Below are positions 51,796 to 64,000 of a DNA stretch of 64,000 nucleotides, piece by piece. This DNA comes from Eledone cirrhosa. Taxonomy: Eukaryota. The translations under genes and the position numbers were made by a program. The notes under the pieces are model-generated. The model was not told the DNA's origin, searched no databases, and saw only the letters and a program-made list of their open reading frames with translations. Location: the NCBI GenBank assembly GCA_964016885.1, contig OZ024742.1, positions 347,820,001-347,884,000 of the forward strand, given 5' to 3'. The number at the start of each line of letters is the position of its first letter. Position 1 is the stretch's first letter.

Positions 51796-52544
51796 GAAAA
51801 TAGAGAAATTAATGTGAGCAAGAAGCCAACAGTATTTCAATATATATAAGTGACTATAACGTCAAAATGGAAAATAATTAACGTAAGATATGGGAAAATA
51901 ATTCAAACTCAATTTTTAAAAAATCAAGACAGATTTTATCCACAGATTTTGTGAAATCCAGGGAAAAAACCAATAGAGTCTTAACTCAGAATAAAATAAA
52001 GTTTAAATACTCATCCTTCAATTTGGAAAAACTACAAATGCTCTATATAGTCTTAAAAAGACTATTTCAAAACTTTTCAGTGGGATTAGTCACGGTTGGA
52101 GTCGTTCCTCAGTAGAGCTCAACGCGATAACCAAAAGTACCACTGCCAAAATGGGAATTTAAAAGCAGGCTAGTTCACCTCGTGCGGAATTATGAAAATA
52201 AACACACATGGAGAGACATGGTTGGTGACGTCAGAATGAGATGAATGTCTATTTACAAGAAACAGCAGTCAAAAACATTCCGAAAAAACTCTACAAAATG
52301 TAAGGAGCTCAGCAAAATAGCAATATTATCGCGGTTTTTTTTTTTAAAAGACCGGGATTAGTCACAAATAATTTTAAGCACTCTAGGAAAAATTCCGTAT
52401 ATATATACAAGCCAGTCTCCCTGACGTCATATATCAGTAAGAATGTAAGGTCATGGAACGAATTATCAAAAAGAAACTGATCCCGTTCCTCGAAGACAAT
52501 GACCGCCTAACATGCAGCATGGCTTTCGCCCAGGAAGAAGCTGT

Positions 52545-53700
52545 TACAACACTATATGCTTGTTCACTAATCTCCTTTTGTACTGTCTTAATCCACACTG
52601 CCTGACTATTATGTTCAACATCCTGCTCCAATATTCCTCTCCAGAATGTCTTAGTTTGTTCCGCCTCAGGGATCACATCGTTACTTCTTTCTTTCCCTTC
52701 AAGCTATTCAAACATCTTCTGGTTGTTGTCAAACATGCGGTTCTGTCTATACCGCCTAATCTTTGCACTTTTTGCTACAATGCGTTGCTTCAGCTCCTCT
52801 ATGATAACATTTAGCTCTTTTCCCCTAGTTTTGTACTTTATTTTCAATCTATCTTTAGTTTCTGTTTTGTAATGTCCCATTCAGCAAAGACTCAAGCTTT
52901 CCAATGTCTTTTCTCATTTCCTTGATTTGACCATTCAATCGTTTCTTCCATCAAGGTTCTGATCTTTCTTGTTTGTTGTTTCCTCTCGTTTTTATACCAA
53001 GTAATTTTTTCACCACATTTGCCGTTGTTTTGAGGATATTTTTGCATTGGTGTAAGTTCCTCGCTTCATGGTATGGGATGACTTGGTTTACCTTAGCTGT
53101 CGTTTCTTTTAACTTTTTCCTGTCTACAAATATTAGGTTCATAGGCTTTCCACTATCATTGTTCATTTCATCTACCACTAAGTTCAGAATATCAACAAAA
53201 TCTTGCCCTAGCCCGTCAGCATTCATTTCCTCAATGGCCGTATCTTTGTTCCAGATGTTATTTATTTCAGCATTCAGATCATTGGCTGCTTCGGATGCTT
53301 CCTCAGGTCTCTCAACCTCTTCACCTTCATTTGTCACTGACTCATTTGCCTGATATACTCCACTCTCCATTTCCAACCCAATCTCTCTGCTCAGTTCCTC
53401 CAGTTCCAACTCGCTTATCCATCCATTAGTTCTTATTACAATTTTTGTTCACCTAATTTAAATAGACCAATCTCGTTCCGGATGTTATGCATCCGTTTCC
53501 TATAGCCTTTTTCCATGGGGTTACTCTTCAGATAACATTTCATGACAGTTCTATTCAATTCTTTCATCCAGTTGGTTCTTGTTCCATTCCTTCTTCTTCC
53601 TCCAACACTAGCAGTATTTGGATGACAGCCAGGGAGCACTTTCTGGGTGAGAGTCTTTCACCGTTATTCGAACTGTTTAGGTTCGACATTTAAATACTCT
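52545..53700 (-). mobile_element. R4/Dong-like non-LTR retrotransposon 5' fragment, joined to a short CR1-like RT piece (+; ~52440-52545)
   Basis: W.KELNR.VMKCY..SNP...GYRKRM, LELEEL, QNRMF..NQK.F, PEAEQTKTFW resemble R4-clade ORF N-termini. The + piece reads MERIIKKKL..FLE...QHGFRPGRSC. Confidence 0.6.
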
Positions 53701-53870
53701 TATCGAGGATTAGTGAATTTATGGTTACATCACCACCGGTGTTTTTTTTTAGCGTGACACCATCACGTTGAAAACGAAAAAAAAAAAATTAAAAATTAAA
53801 AATTAAAAATTAAAAAAATAAGTTTCGGGGCAATTTATGTGACATTTATCTATCATTATATTTTGGCAGT

Positions 53871-55290
53871 AGGGCGGTGAATTGGCAGTATCGGTAGAAG
53901 CTCGGACATGCTTTCCAGCATAGTTACGTCCCTTTATGATCTGAGTTCAAATCCCGCCGAGGTTAACTTTGCCTTTCATCCATACGGGGTCGATAAAATA
54001 AAGTACCAGTAATGTACTGGATATTTGCTGGCCTTGTGCCAAAAGTAGAAACAATTATTTTTTGGCAGTATCGGTAGAGGGTCTGACACCATGCTTTCTA
54101 GCATAGAGTTACGGCCCTTGCCATTCTGAGTTCAAATCCCGTCGAGGTTAACTTTGCCTTTCATCCTTACGAGGTCGATAAAATAAAGTACCAGTAATGT
54201 ACTGGGTAATTTGCTGGCCTTGTGCCTAAAGTAGAAACAATTATTTTATGTGCTGTTTTTAATGTTTTCCTAATGTGAATCCTGTTTATCAGTCATTAGT
54301 GAATTGGCAGTATCGGTAGAGGGTCGGACATGCTTTCCAGCATAGTTACGTCCCTTTTCGATCTGAGTTCAAATCCGGCCGAGGTTAACTTTGCTTTTCA
54401 TCCTTACGGGGTCGATAAAATAAAGTACCAGTAATGTACTGGGTGATTGCTAGCCTTGTGCCTAAAACAGAAACAATTATTATTATTGCCGAGGTTAACT
54501 TTGCCTTTCATCCTTACGGGGTCAATAAAATAAAGTACCAGTAATGTACTGGATATTTGCTGGCCTTGTGCCAAAAGTAGAAACAATTATTTTTTGGCAG
54601 TATCGGTAGAGGGTCTGACGCCATGCTTTCTAGCATAGAGTTACGTCCCTTGCCATTCTGAGTTCAAATCCCGTCGAGGTTAACTTTGCCTTTCATTCTT
54701 ACGAGGTCGATAAAATAAAGTACCAGTAATGTATTGAGATTATTGTCGGCCTTGTGCCAAAAGTAGAAATAATTATTATTATCTTTGGCGGTGAATTGGC
54801 AGTATCGGTAGAGAGTCGGACGCCATGCTTTGAAGCATAGAGTTACGTCTCTGTATGATCTGAGTTCAAATCCCGTCGAGGTTAACTTTGCCTTTCATCC
54901 TTCCGGGGTCGATAGAATAAAGTACCAGTAATGCACTGGGTATTTGTTGGCCTTGTGCCAAAAGTAGAAACAATTATTATTATCTTACGGAGTTGATCAA
55001 ACAGAGCCCCAGCAACACACTAGGATAATTGCTGGCCCTGTGGCAAAAGCAGAAACAACCACCATCATCATCAGCATCTACAATTAGTCTGTGCACAAAT
55101 CCCGCCGAGGTCAATCGCTGGCCCTGTGCCAAAAGCAGATACAATTATTATTATCATCAGCATCTGCCATTTATGGTCCTAGCACAAATCCCGCCGAGGT
55201 CAATCCTGCTTCTCACTTCTACGGGGTCAACAAGACAGAGCACTAACAATCCACCGGGGCAATCGCTGGTCCTGTTCCAAAAATAGAAAT
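53871..55290 (+). mobile_element. Head-to-tail array of about 7 tRNA-SINE copies or partial copies, degenerating at the 3' side
   Basis: tggcagtatcggtaga...gagttcaaatcc...gcctttcatcc...gtagaaacaattatt starts at ~53871, 54062, 54298, 54488 (partial), 54594 and 54787; diverged pieces at 55020-55290. Confidence 0.9.
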
Positions 55291-55639
55291 ACTCATTATC
55301 ATCAGCATCACCACCATCAACATCAACAAATCATCATTTTCCATTTTCATTTTTCGATGGTAGTAGTGGTAGTGGCGGTGGTGGTGGGGTGGGGTGGGTG
55401 TCATTGTAATGTTTGAATGTCTGACATTTTTGTTTTTTCCTTTTTTTGTTTTTCAAGGCCAGTAACATCGGTTACTAGTGTTGTTGTTGCTGCTGTTGTT
55501 GTTTTTGATTTTAGCTACGCTAAGCTCGTAGTCATAGCAACAAGGGAGGTAGGGGGTGTTGCGTTCAAAACTTTTGACTTTTGTTTTTCTTTGATGTTGC
55601 GTTTGTTTTTGTCTGTGTTCTGTTCAGTAATTTTTCGAC

Positions 55640-56530
55640 TTGTTACTTATATTTAATATACAAGTTGACATCGTTTGAACTAAACATTTTGAGAGCTTAG
55701 AGATACAACGAGAATAACTATTATTATGGTGTCGGCGGTGATATTGTCGTTATTTGGCTGTTGTAGTTAGAAGACACAGAGTGGGTTTTCATCCACGTGT
55801 AGACATTTTCTTTTTGAATATAAAAAGTTTTAACATAAGATTAAATATTTGAGTTATATTCCCAGATATTATGTGATCTCACTTGAAGGTGAGGGCTGAT
55901 GCCTTGTTCTATTTGCAATAAAAATTATTATATCACAAGTGTTTTAAATATGTAATTATTTTGATATTGTGTTTCTTTTTGTCTGTCTTCTTGCTCTAGT
56001 TTTTTGCCTTGTTACTTATATATAAAAGTTGACATAGCTCCTTAATATTTGAACGAAACATTTTAAGAGTTTAGAGATACAACAATAGTAATATTATTAT
56101 GGGCGGTGGATTGGCAGTATCGGTAGAGGGTCGGACGCCATGCTTTGACGTATAGAGTTACGGCCCTTGCCATTCTGGGTTCAAATCCCGCCGAGGTTAA
56201 CTTTGCCTTTCATCCTTACGGGGTCGATAAAATAAAGTACTAGTAATGTACTGGGTAATTGCTGGCCTTGTGCCAAAAGTAGAAACAATTATTATGATGG
56301 GATTGGTGGTGGTGGTGATATTGCCATTATTTGGCTGTTGTAGTTAGTAGACACAGAGGGGATTTTCTTCCTCTTGTAGACATTTTCTTTTTTGAAAATT
56401 AAAATTTTAAACAAAATTAAATATTTGAGTTATATTCCTAGATATTATGTGGTCTCACTTCTTGAAGATGAGGACTGATGTCTTGTGTCTCATTTACAAT
56501 AAAAATTATTATATCATAAGTGTTCTTTTC
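55640..56530. repeat. Local ~300-bp duplication; the second copy carries a SINE (56102-56290) with TSD attattatg
   Basis: ttgttacttatat...agagatacaac...gatatt...tttggctgttgtagttag...aaaattattatatca occurs at 55640-55945 (empty) and 56008-56525 (filled). attattatg at 56093-56101 and 56288-56296. Confidence 0.8.
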
Positions 56531-57110
56531 AGTTGTTTTGAATTGCCAGATATGGAAAATATTTGTTGTTAACTGTTTATAAGTTCATATATATTGCTTT
56601 CTGAAAAGGACACTCAATAATATTGGGGCCTTGAGCCCAAAATTTAAACTTTATTTTGTCAAACAAACAATAAAAAAAAAAAAAAATATGGATGGCATTC
56701 GCCAGCTGTCTCTTGGTAGCAGTTCTAACATACATACTACTCCCACCACCATTGTGAGCCTTGCTACAGTTGCTAAAACCGATAACGTTTTCGCTAACAC
56801 TATCAGCAGCAATAGCTGTCAAAGTTTGCCACGTGCAGACGTAGACTTCTCGCCTTTGCCAATGTCGACAGGTGTCAAAGCCGCCATCTCCACCACCACA
56901 ATGTCGAAGAGTACATCCAACACCACAGATACCACCGCCACCACCACCACCACCACAGCAATAACTGATATCAAAAAATATTATCTCGTGATAACAAAAT
57001 GGATTCTCCCACGTCGAACGACACTGACACCACCACCACCACAGCAACAACGGAAACAAAAAATAATAATAACAAAAATAACAATAACAACAACAGCAAC
57101 AATGAGAATG

Positions 57111-60100
57111 ATTTCTTTATTGGCCACACGGGCTGACATCAAGAAAAACATAACTGACGGTACAGGACGGTACAGGACGGTACAGGACGGTACAGGACGG
57201 CACAGGACGGTACAGGACGGTACAGGACGGCACAGGACGGTACAGGACGGTACGATGTGGGTTTTGTGCGTGGAAATATTTTTATTATTTATATAAGAAA
57301 AGAAAAAAAAGACATAGAAACATTTATATATATAAACAATAAAAATGAAAATTGAAACAATGAAAAATTCCCCATTAGGGGGAAAACCTCCGAGGGTTAC
57401 TCGTGGCGAAAACCACACAAAAGACCACGGCTACCCTGACCACCAGGGCAAGCGCCCTCTCTCCTTTCTATTTCTCAAACTACAGACGTATATTCAGAGC
57501 GGTACCGTTCACTCGGACCATTCTCGCTACATTCACCCACCTTTCAACAAAGTTGCTAGAAGGCAACACTTGCCTCTCCACCCTGATTTTCCTTTTCAAG
57601 TGAAACTTGAAAAAGTTAATTAGGGATTCGCCGAAGAGGAAAGTGTCTGTCTTTAACCCTTTCAACCTTGTCCACCACACAATCTCTTTCGCCATGGCCA
57701 CCAGGCAGATGAAAACCGCCTGCCCTTCCTCTTCGAAGGAAGACGGCGAGACCATCTGCACAATGGACTCAGTCGATAACCGGATCAGTCCTACACGCGA
57801 CAGCAACTGTTCGACATAGCTCCACAAGTCAGCAATGCTCGGGCACTGAACGAGTGCATGCACGACGGTTTCGTCGCTCTGCGCGCATCTCGGACAGGCT
57901 CGGCTGACGGCACTTCCGTGCCTGTAGAGCTTATCTCGAACCGGCAGCGCTCCCCGGAAGCACTGCCGGGCCAGGGATTTTTGGAAGTTATCCATAGGCC
58001 ATGGGCTGAAAGTTCTCCGGAAGAGAGCAAACAGCTGATCTTCTTCGACGCCCAGGATCTCTCCGAGAACGTCGTCGCTCTTCCCCTCCACTAGTCCTCT
58101 ATAGAACGCCGAGGTGGATGTTCCACCGATACTAGTGCCCAGCTGGCAGAGGGCAGTGATCGCCTGGAGACATTCCAGTTTCCAAGCGCTATCCCTCGGT
58201 CTTTTTCTGACCCAGGACTGCAGCTCCGTCAAGGAGACGAGCTGTGGGAAAACGTGCCTGGCGAACGGCGACCATACCTGTTTACCGTCAAGGAAGCACC
58301 AGAGATGTCGCAGCCTCAGCGCATGTTTGCGCATCATCAGCCATGGCATGCCCAGTCCTCCACGCAACGGGTGTTGACAGCAGATGGATCGTCTGAACAT
58401 GGGAGCACGTTCCTTCTACAAAAAGCGAAAGAGGAGGCGCTCCATTTTGGTGAGAGTTGGGCCGGAGCAAGGGACGACGGTGAGGCGGTAGCAGATGACG
58501 GATGCGATGTACGCATTCGCCACCTCCGCCCGGCCTTTCAGGGACAGCTTCCTCTCGGCCCATTTCTGGGTGAGGGAGGCCACCTTGCTCGTCACCTCGT
58601 TCCAGTTTTTCTCCATCTGGAGGTCTGGTCCGAACCAGACCCCGAGCAATTTAACCGGTCTGTCCGTCCAACGCCCCACGACGCTGTCGGACGGCATGGA
58701 CTTGCCTCTCCAGGTGCCGAGCTGCAAACCCACCGACTTTTCCTGGTTTATCTTTGCTCCTGTCACCGCTTCGTATTCCTTGAGAGTGGTGCCGAGCACC
58801 TGGACGTGTCTGGTGCTCGACACCACCACGGTGACGTCGTCGGCGTAAGCCGACTCGGATTTCCCGCATCCTAGTTCGCGTGGGACGCCCCTCATCGCCC
58901 CCAGTTTGTGCAGTAACGGCTCGAGAATGGACAACCCTGGCGGACTGAGCGCATGATGCTGAACGGCTGCGACAGGTGACCGTTCACCCTCACAACTGAG
59001 CAGATGTCGCTGTACATCACTGCGATCCGACCCCTGAAACCGGCTGCCTCGAGGACCGCCGCTAGGTACCGATGGTCGACCCTATCGAATGCTTTGGACT
59101 GATCCAAGTTGATCAGGGCTCCACCCGTGCCAGGTTCCTTAACCACCCTCTCTATGATGTATCGCATGAGGTCGAGGTTGTCGTGTATGGATCTGTCCGG
59201 AATGGCGCATATCTGCGCCTCTCCCACCAGACCCCCGACGACAAGCGCCAACCTCGTTACTAACACCTTGGCCAAAATCTTGAACTCTGCGTTTAGCAGG
59301 GTTATGGGCCTGAAATTATCGATAACATCCCCCTTGTTCGGGTCTTTACTCAGCAGCCCCACCGCTCCCCGTTCACAAAACTGGGAATGCTCCCGTTCTG
59401 CTGCCAGTTGCAGTAGACGTCTGCCAGGAGGTCACCGAACAAGTCTGGCATAAATGCATAAAGCTCGTAGGGCAGACCATCCAAACCTGGCGATTTACCC
59501 CTCGTGCAGTTAGCCATCGCTTCCCGTATTTCACCGGCTGTTATTGGCTTTTCGCAACACTGCGCTGCGGTCGTCGAGAGCCGATGTAGTCCGTCGAGGT
59601 ATGCACTGAAGTCCATGCCCCGATCCGGGCCACGGCTGCTCCCGAACAGTTCAGCATAGTGCTGCTGAAAAGCTTCACACATCCGCTCGGGTTCGAGCAT
59701 CACGCACCCGTTTTGGTCAGACAAAGACCGAATTGTGGCTTTGTTGCCACGTCGCGCCTCTGATACCCGGGCCCATTGGACGGCTTTTGTCCCCTCATGT
59801 TTCAGAGCACGCGCTCTAGCTCTGACAACGCAGCCTTCGTGTTTTGCGTTGAAGAATTGGTCGAGTGCCAATCCCGCCGCAAGCACGTCGGTTGCGATGC
59901 CTGTCCTAAACGCCTCTTCTAGCTTTCTGACTAGCTCTCCCTCTACTCTATTTTCCTCTATCACTACTCCTTTGCTAAACCTAATCGACTCTACTTTAAT
60001 TACCCTTTTCAGGGCGAACCACCACCTGTTGTTGACGACCGCTCCCGTCAACGCCCGCTTAACTAATACGCTAATCCGGTCTCTGTAGGCTTTGCGCGCC

Positions 60101-61140
60101 GGGAAAGACACGTTCAGCTTCCAGTAACCAGGTCTATGAAGTTTGTCTATGTCGATCTCACAGATCACAAATTTGTGGTCTGTGTAGTCGACTTTTTAAA
60201 TTGTGGACAACTTATACTAGCCTTATCTAGTTCTCTGCAGAATACCCTATCGAGATACGATCTGGATGACCCGATGCGGTTTGTCCATGTCCACATTGGC
60301 ACATTCGGGTGATCCAGTCGATACCTGTCAGACAGTTCAAAACGTCTGAGCAGGTTGGTGAGGCTCTTGAACCCTCCTCCCCTATCCACTAGCCCCAAAC
60401 AATCCCAGCGTGCATCCAAGATACCGTTCCAGTCGCTCACTAACACTAAAGAGCGGGACGTTCCAAGAAAGGTCTCTAGCCGTCTGAAGAAATCTGGCCG
60501 TCCTGCTCCTGTTGGGGCGTAGACGGCTACTAGCCTGAAAGCATTGCCTTCGCTGCCGGTCACGTCCAGCACCACCGACTTACCTTCTGGGTCTAGGAAG
60601 ATGGCCCGTATGGCGAGATCCAAGCCTCTCCGAAAAAGGACGGCAACCCCGATCTTGGACGGCTGGGAGATGCGTATACATCGTAGCCGCCGAAGATCGG
60701 TGCGAAGGCTTGTGCTTCGGAGATTCTGGTCTCACTGATGGCCACCACATCTATGTTTAGTGACCTGAGGTCGTTGAGCAGGTGACCCTGCTTCCGAGAT
60801 GACCCCAGGCCACGTGCATTTATAGTGCTTATTCTGAGTACGGCCATGTTGGATGAGAAACGGGGCAAGTGAGAAAGGATCACTTACCTTGATCGTGTGG
60901 TGAAGGGACAGTAGAACCGTCCCTTTCGCTGGTCATGGATGTTTCCAAGAGGATGTCAGTGTATATCCTCTTGGAAACCGGCCCTCTGAAATCTCCAACT
61001 GCGTTGGGGAATTTTTGTTGTAAAGGTTTGTACTGTTCTATTGAGATTTCAATGATGCTTATGTTTGTCGGGAGAGTTCTTGGTGTTGGTGGGGTGTAGT
61101 AGTTTTTCTTTGTGAGCAACAATAAGAATAACAACAACAA
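57111..61140 (-). mobile_element. Tx1/L1-clade LINE: end of ORF1, frameshifted ORF2 (APE, RT, zf-RVT), 3' UTR with a 10-bp repeat
   Basis: STINARG, VAISET, LVAVYAP, YLDRV, GYWKLN, KSPGLDGLPYE, FRPITLLN, DQSKAFDRV, VRQGCP, AYADD, CPRC...ETVVHAL..C; (acaggacggt)n at 57157-57254; AATAAA near 57120. Confidence 0.9.
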
Positions 61141-61149
61141 CACCAGCAC

Positions 61150-64000
61150 AAAACCAAATGTGTCTCTTGCTAAAGCGGCGAACAAGAACGAAACGATTGA
61201 GGTAAGCCAGGAAGAACTGAATGAGGCCAGGCGATGATGAAGCAAAATGGTTACAGGGTCAGCCCCCACCCCCACCAAATACCATCCAGCATCGCCGCTT
61301 ATGTACTGTATCTTTCCGCACGATCAATATAAAAACACGCCGAATGGAGCGGACATCCGAGTCCCAGATCCAAAAAGCTTTGGGACATGTGTGGGCTAAA
61401 AAAAACCAACATCAGACGTGAACAAAGATATGGGATCGTGGACGCGTTCTTTGGAACCCCACAGGAAGCCAGAGAGCACTCTATGGTCCCACTAAAAAGT
61501 GACGAGTTCACACTCGTCCCAAGCTACTGTGGACAAAGGCTCGTAAGAGTAAGGGTGGCCCAGGTTCCGCCGGCCATTGAAATTTCCTGGCTGATGGCTG
61601 CCGTCCTCACTGATATCAGGCCGACACAAAAGTGATCGAGGTGATTAGAGTAAAACAGGGAAACTGCGGACCAAAAACATCCAAAAGATTCCAGAGGTGA
61701 TAGACTTCAATGATGGCAGCCACCTCACCGTAATCGTTGAGGGTAGAAGGCTTAGGTGTGTCGTTTGTGGCGAGGGAACCCACCTAAAGGGTTTCTGCCC
61801 TCGGGGGATGGCTAAGAAGTTGAGGCCACCTCTCCTGCCCACCCCAGTGACTCAACCATCAAAACCAGCAGCAGAAATGGCAGCAAAAACTGTAGCAGCA
61901 ACGACAGCAGCAACTGTAGCAAGACCAACACCACCACCATCCACCGCGCCAGATATAGCACCAGCCAGCGCCTCCACCATCCACCACGCCAAAACCAACA
62001 CCAACGCATGTGGAGGACAATCCACTCTCCGACCTCTCACAAGTGGAGACTGGAGACGGATTCTGACGAGGAAACTGGGCAAAAAAGAAACCAAAAAAGA
62101 CCCCCCCCCCCCCAAAAAAAAAAATAGAGAGCGAAACAAACAAACAAACAAACAAGAAAGTTACGACAGCTACGCTACCACCCACACCAGCATCACTAGC
62201 CCCATCACCACAAACACAACACCAGCCCATCATCACAAACACCAACACCACAAAAATCACCATAAAGCGAAACAGAAACAAACCCCAACAAACGCAAACA
62301 AAACAAAGCAACCAAACCGATACATACTATACAATATTAAATTTGAACAATAAGCAATTATTACACTACATCCAATACAACACCAGCATCACAGAAAAAG
62401 ACTATGCAACACCCAAAAAAATTCACACCACCCACACACATACAAATCATTCGTATAACACAGAAAACATACGCAACACTAAAATCAAAATTCCCCAAAG
62501 ACATCAGAGACTTCCGGCAAACACTTTCCAGGAGGATATATATAAAGGCATCCTTCTGGAGGCGGACACAAACAGTCAGAAGGACGGAAAAACCATCCTT
62601 CCTCCACAAGAAGTGAGGTAAGTGGTCTTTCCCATCTTTTGCCACTCCTTTTCAACATGACCTTACTCAGAATAGGCATCATAAATGCGCGTGGCCTGGG
62701 GTCATCATGGAAGCAGGATCCCCTGCTGAACGACCTCAGGTCAATGAACATAGATGTGGTGGCCATCAGCGAGGCACATGCCTTCGCACCCATCTTCGGC
62801 GGTTACGATGTGTACGCATCTCCAAGCCGGCCGGGATCGGGAGGCGGAGTCGCTGTGTTGTTTCGGAGAGACCTGGCTCTCGTGATACGGATCATCTTCC
62901 TGGACCCAGAAGGTAAGTCGGTGGTGCTGGACATGACCAGCAGCGAAGGCTATGAATTTAGGCTCGTGGCTGTGACTAGGGCAGGACGGCCTGATTTCTT
63001 CAGGCGACTGGAGACCTTCCTAGGAACGTCTCGCTCTTTAAAGTTAGTGGGCGATTGGAACGGGATCTTGGATGCACGCTAGGGTTGTGTGGGATTAGCG
63101 GATAGGGGAGGAGGGTGTAAAAACCTCGCAAACCTCCTCGGACGTTTCCAACTGTCTGGCAGGTACCGACTGGAGTTCCCGAATGTGCCAATGTGGACAT
63201 GGACAAACCGCATTGGGTCATCCAGGTCGTTTCTAGAATATTTTGTAAGGAAAAAGATAGTTCTAGTAATTCAAAATAAACCACAAATTCGTGACCTGTG
63301 TGGTCGACTTAGATAGGCTTCATAGACAGGGACCCGGTTATTGGAAGCTAAACGCATCGTTGACAGTGCGCAAAGCCTACAGAGACCGGATTAGCGAATT
63401 AGTTACGCGGGCGTTGACGGGGGCAATCGTCAACAAAAAATGGTGGTTCGCCCTGAAAAGGGTACATTAGGTTTAGTAAGGCGTTAGCAATAGAGAAAAA
63501 TAGAGAACTAGTTAGAAAATTAGACGAGGCGCTTAGTAAAGGCATCGCGACCGACGTACTTGCGGCGAAATTGGCACTCGACCAATTCTTCAACACAAAG
63601 CACGAAGGCTGCGTTGTCAGAACTATGGCGCGTGCTCTCAGAAACGAAAGGACGAAAGCCGTTCGATGGGCCCGAGTGGTGTAGGCACGTCGTGGCAACA
63701 CAGCCACAATCTAGTCTTTCGAGGACCACGACCGGCGTATGTTACTCGAACCCTAGCAAATATGTGCGGCTTTTCAGTGGCATTTCGCTCAGCTGTTCGG
63801 CGGCAGCTGTGGGTCGGATCGCAGGATGGACTTTAGCGCCTACCTCAACGGACTGCCGCGGCTCTCGGTCACTGGGGCAGAGTTGCGAAAGGCCGATAAC
63901 AGTCGCTGAAATACGGGTAGCAATAACTGACTGCACGATGGATAAATCGCCTGCCCATAACTTTACTAAACACAGAGTTCAAGATTTTGGCCAAGGTGCT
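61150..64000 (+). mobile_element. Second, diverged Tx1/L1 copy in opposite orientation: ORF1 with CCHC knuckle and disrupted 5' ORF2, running off the window
   Basis: VIVEGRRLRCVVCGEGTHLKGFCP. ORF2 from ~62657 (MTLLRIGIINARGLGSS...FLDPEGKSVVLD...RPDFFRRLETFLGTSRSL) is clearly paralogous to 60165-60847; contains stops and frameshifts. Confidence 0.88.

Noticed and set aside
53871-54060. tRNA genes at A-box/B-box motifs
   Set aside because: No cloverleaf; boxes are followed by the SINE core and tail in every copy.
56577-57418. 221-aa Thr-rich ORF and overlapping antisense ORFs
   Set aside because: Built from (ACC)n/(ACA)n low-complexity sequence and the 10-bp repeat in the Tx1 3' UTR; no domain recognised.

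Overview
AT-rich, repeat-dense animal genomic DNA. The repeat content, (TA)n/(CA)n microsatellites and gene structure suggest a cephalopod (Octopus-like) genome; this is inference. Host genes read from the sequence: (1) the last two coding exons of ZFR (+; 855-990, 4458-4522); (2) a convergent three-exon gene (-; 42991-42075, 22959-22815, 17884-17717) encoding a ~409-aa ZAP/PARP12-like protein (CCCH zinc fingers plus tandem WWE) that stops right after WWE2, with no PARP domain seen; (3) a lone + strand exon resembling a BPL_N domain (21507-21681) inside intron 2 of that gene. Most of the rest is mobile DNA: RTE, CR1, Tx1/L1, CRE-like and R4-like LINE fragments, a tRNA-derived SINE family (including a tandem array), tandem Helitrons, a deleted Merlin transposon, and an apparently intact Penelope-like element (794-aa RT + GIY-YIG ORF, 68-bp terminal direct repeat). 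The most striking non-genic signal is a series of foldback (inverted-repeat) elements in or beside (TA)n tracts, together with about a dozen hammerhead-ribozyme-like motifs, several with non-canonical cores or long stem II. All calls are by eye; no searches or folding programs were run.
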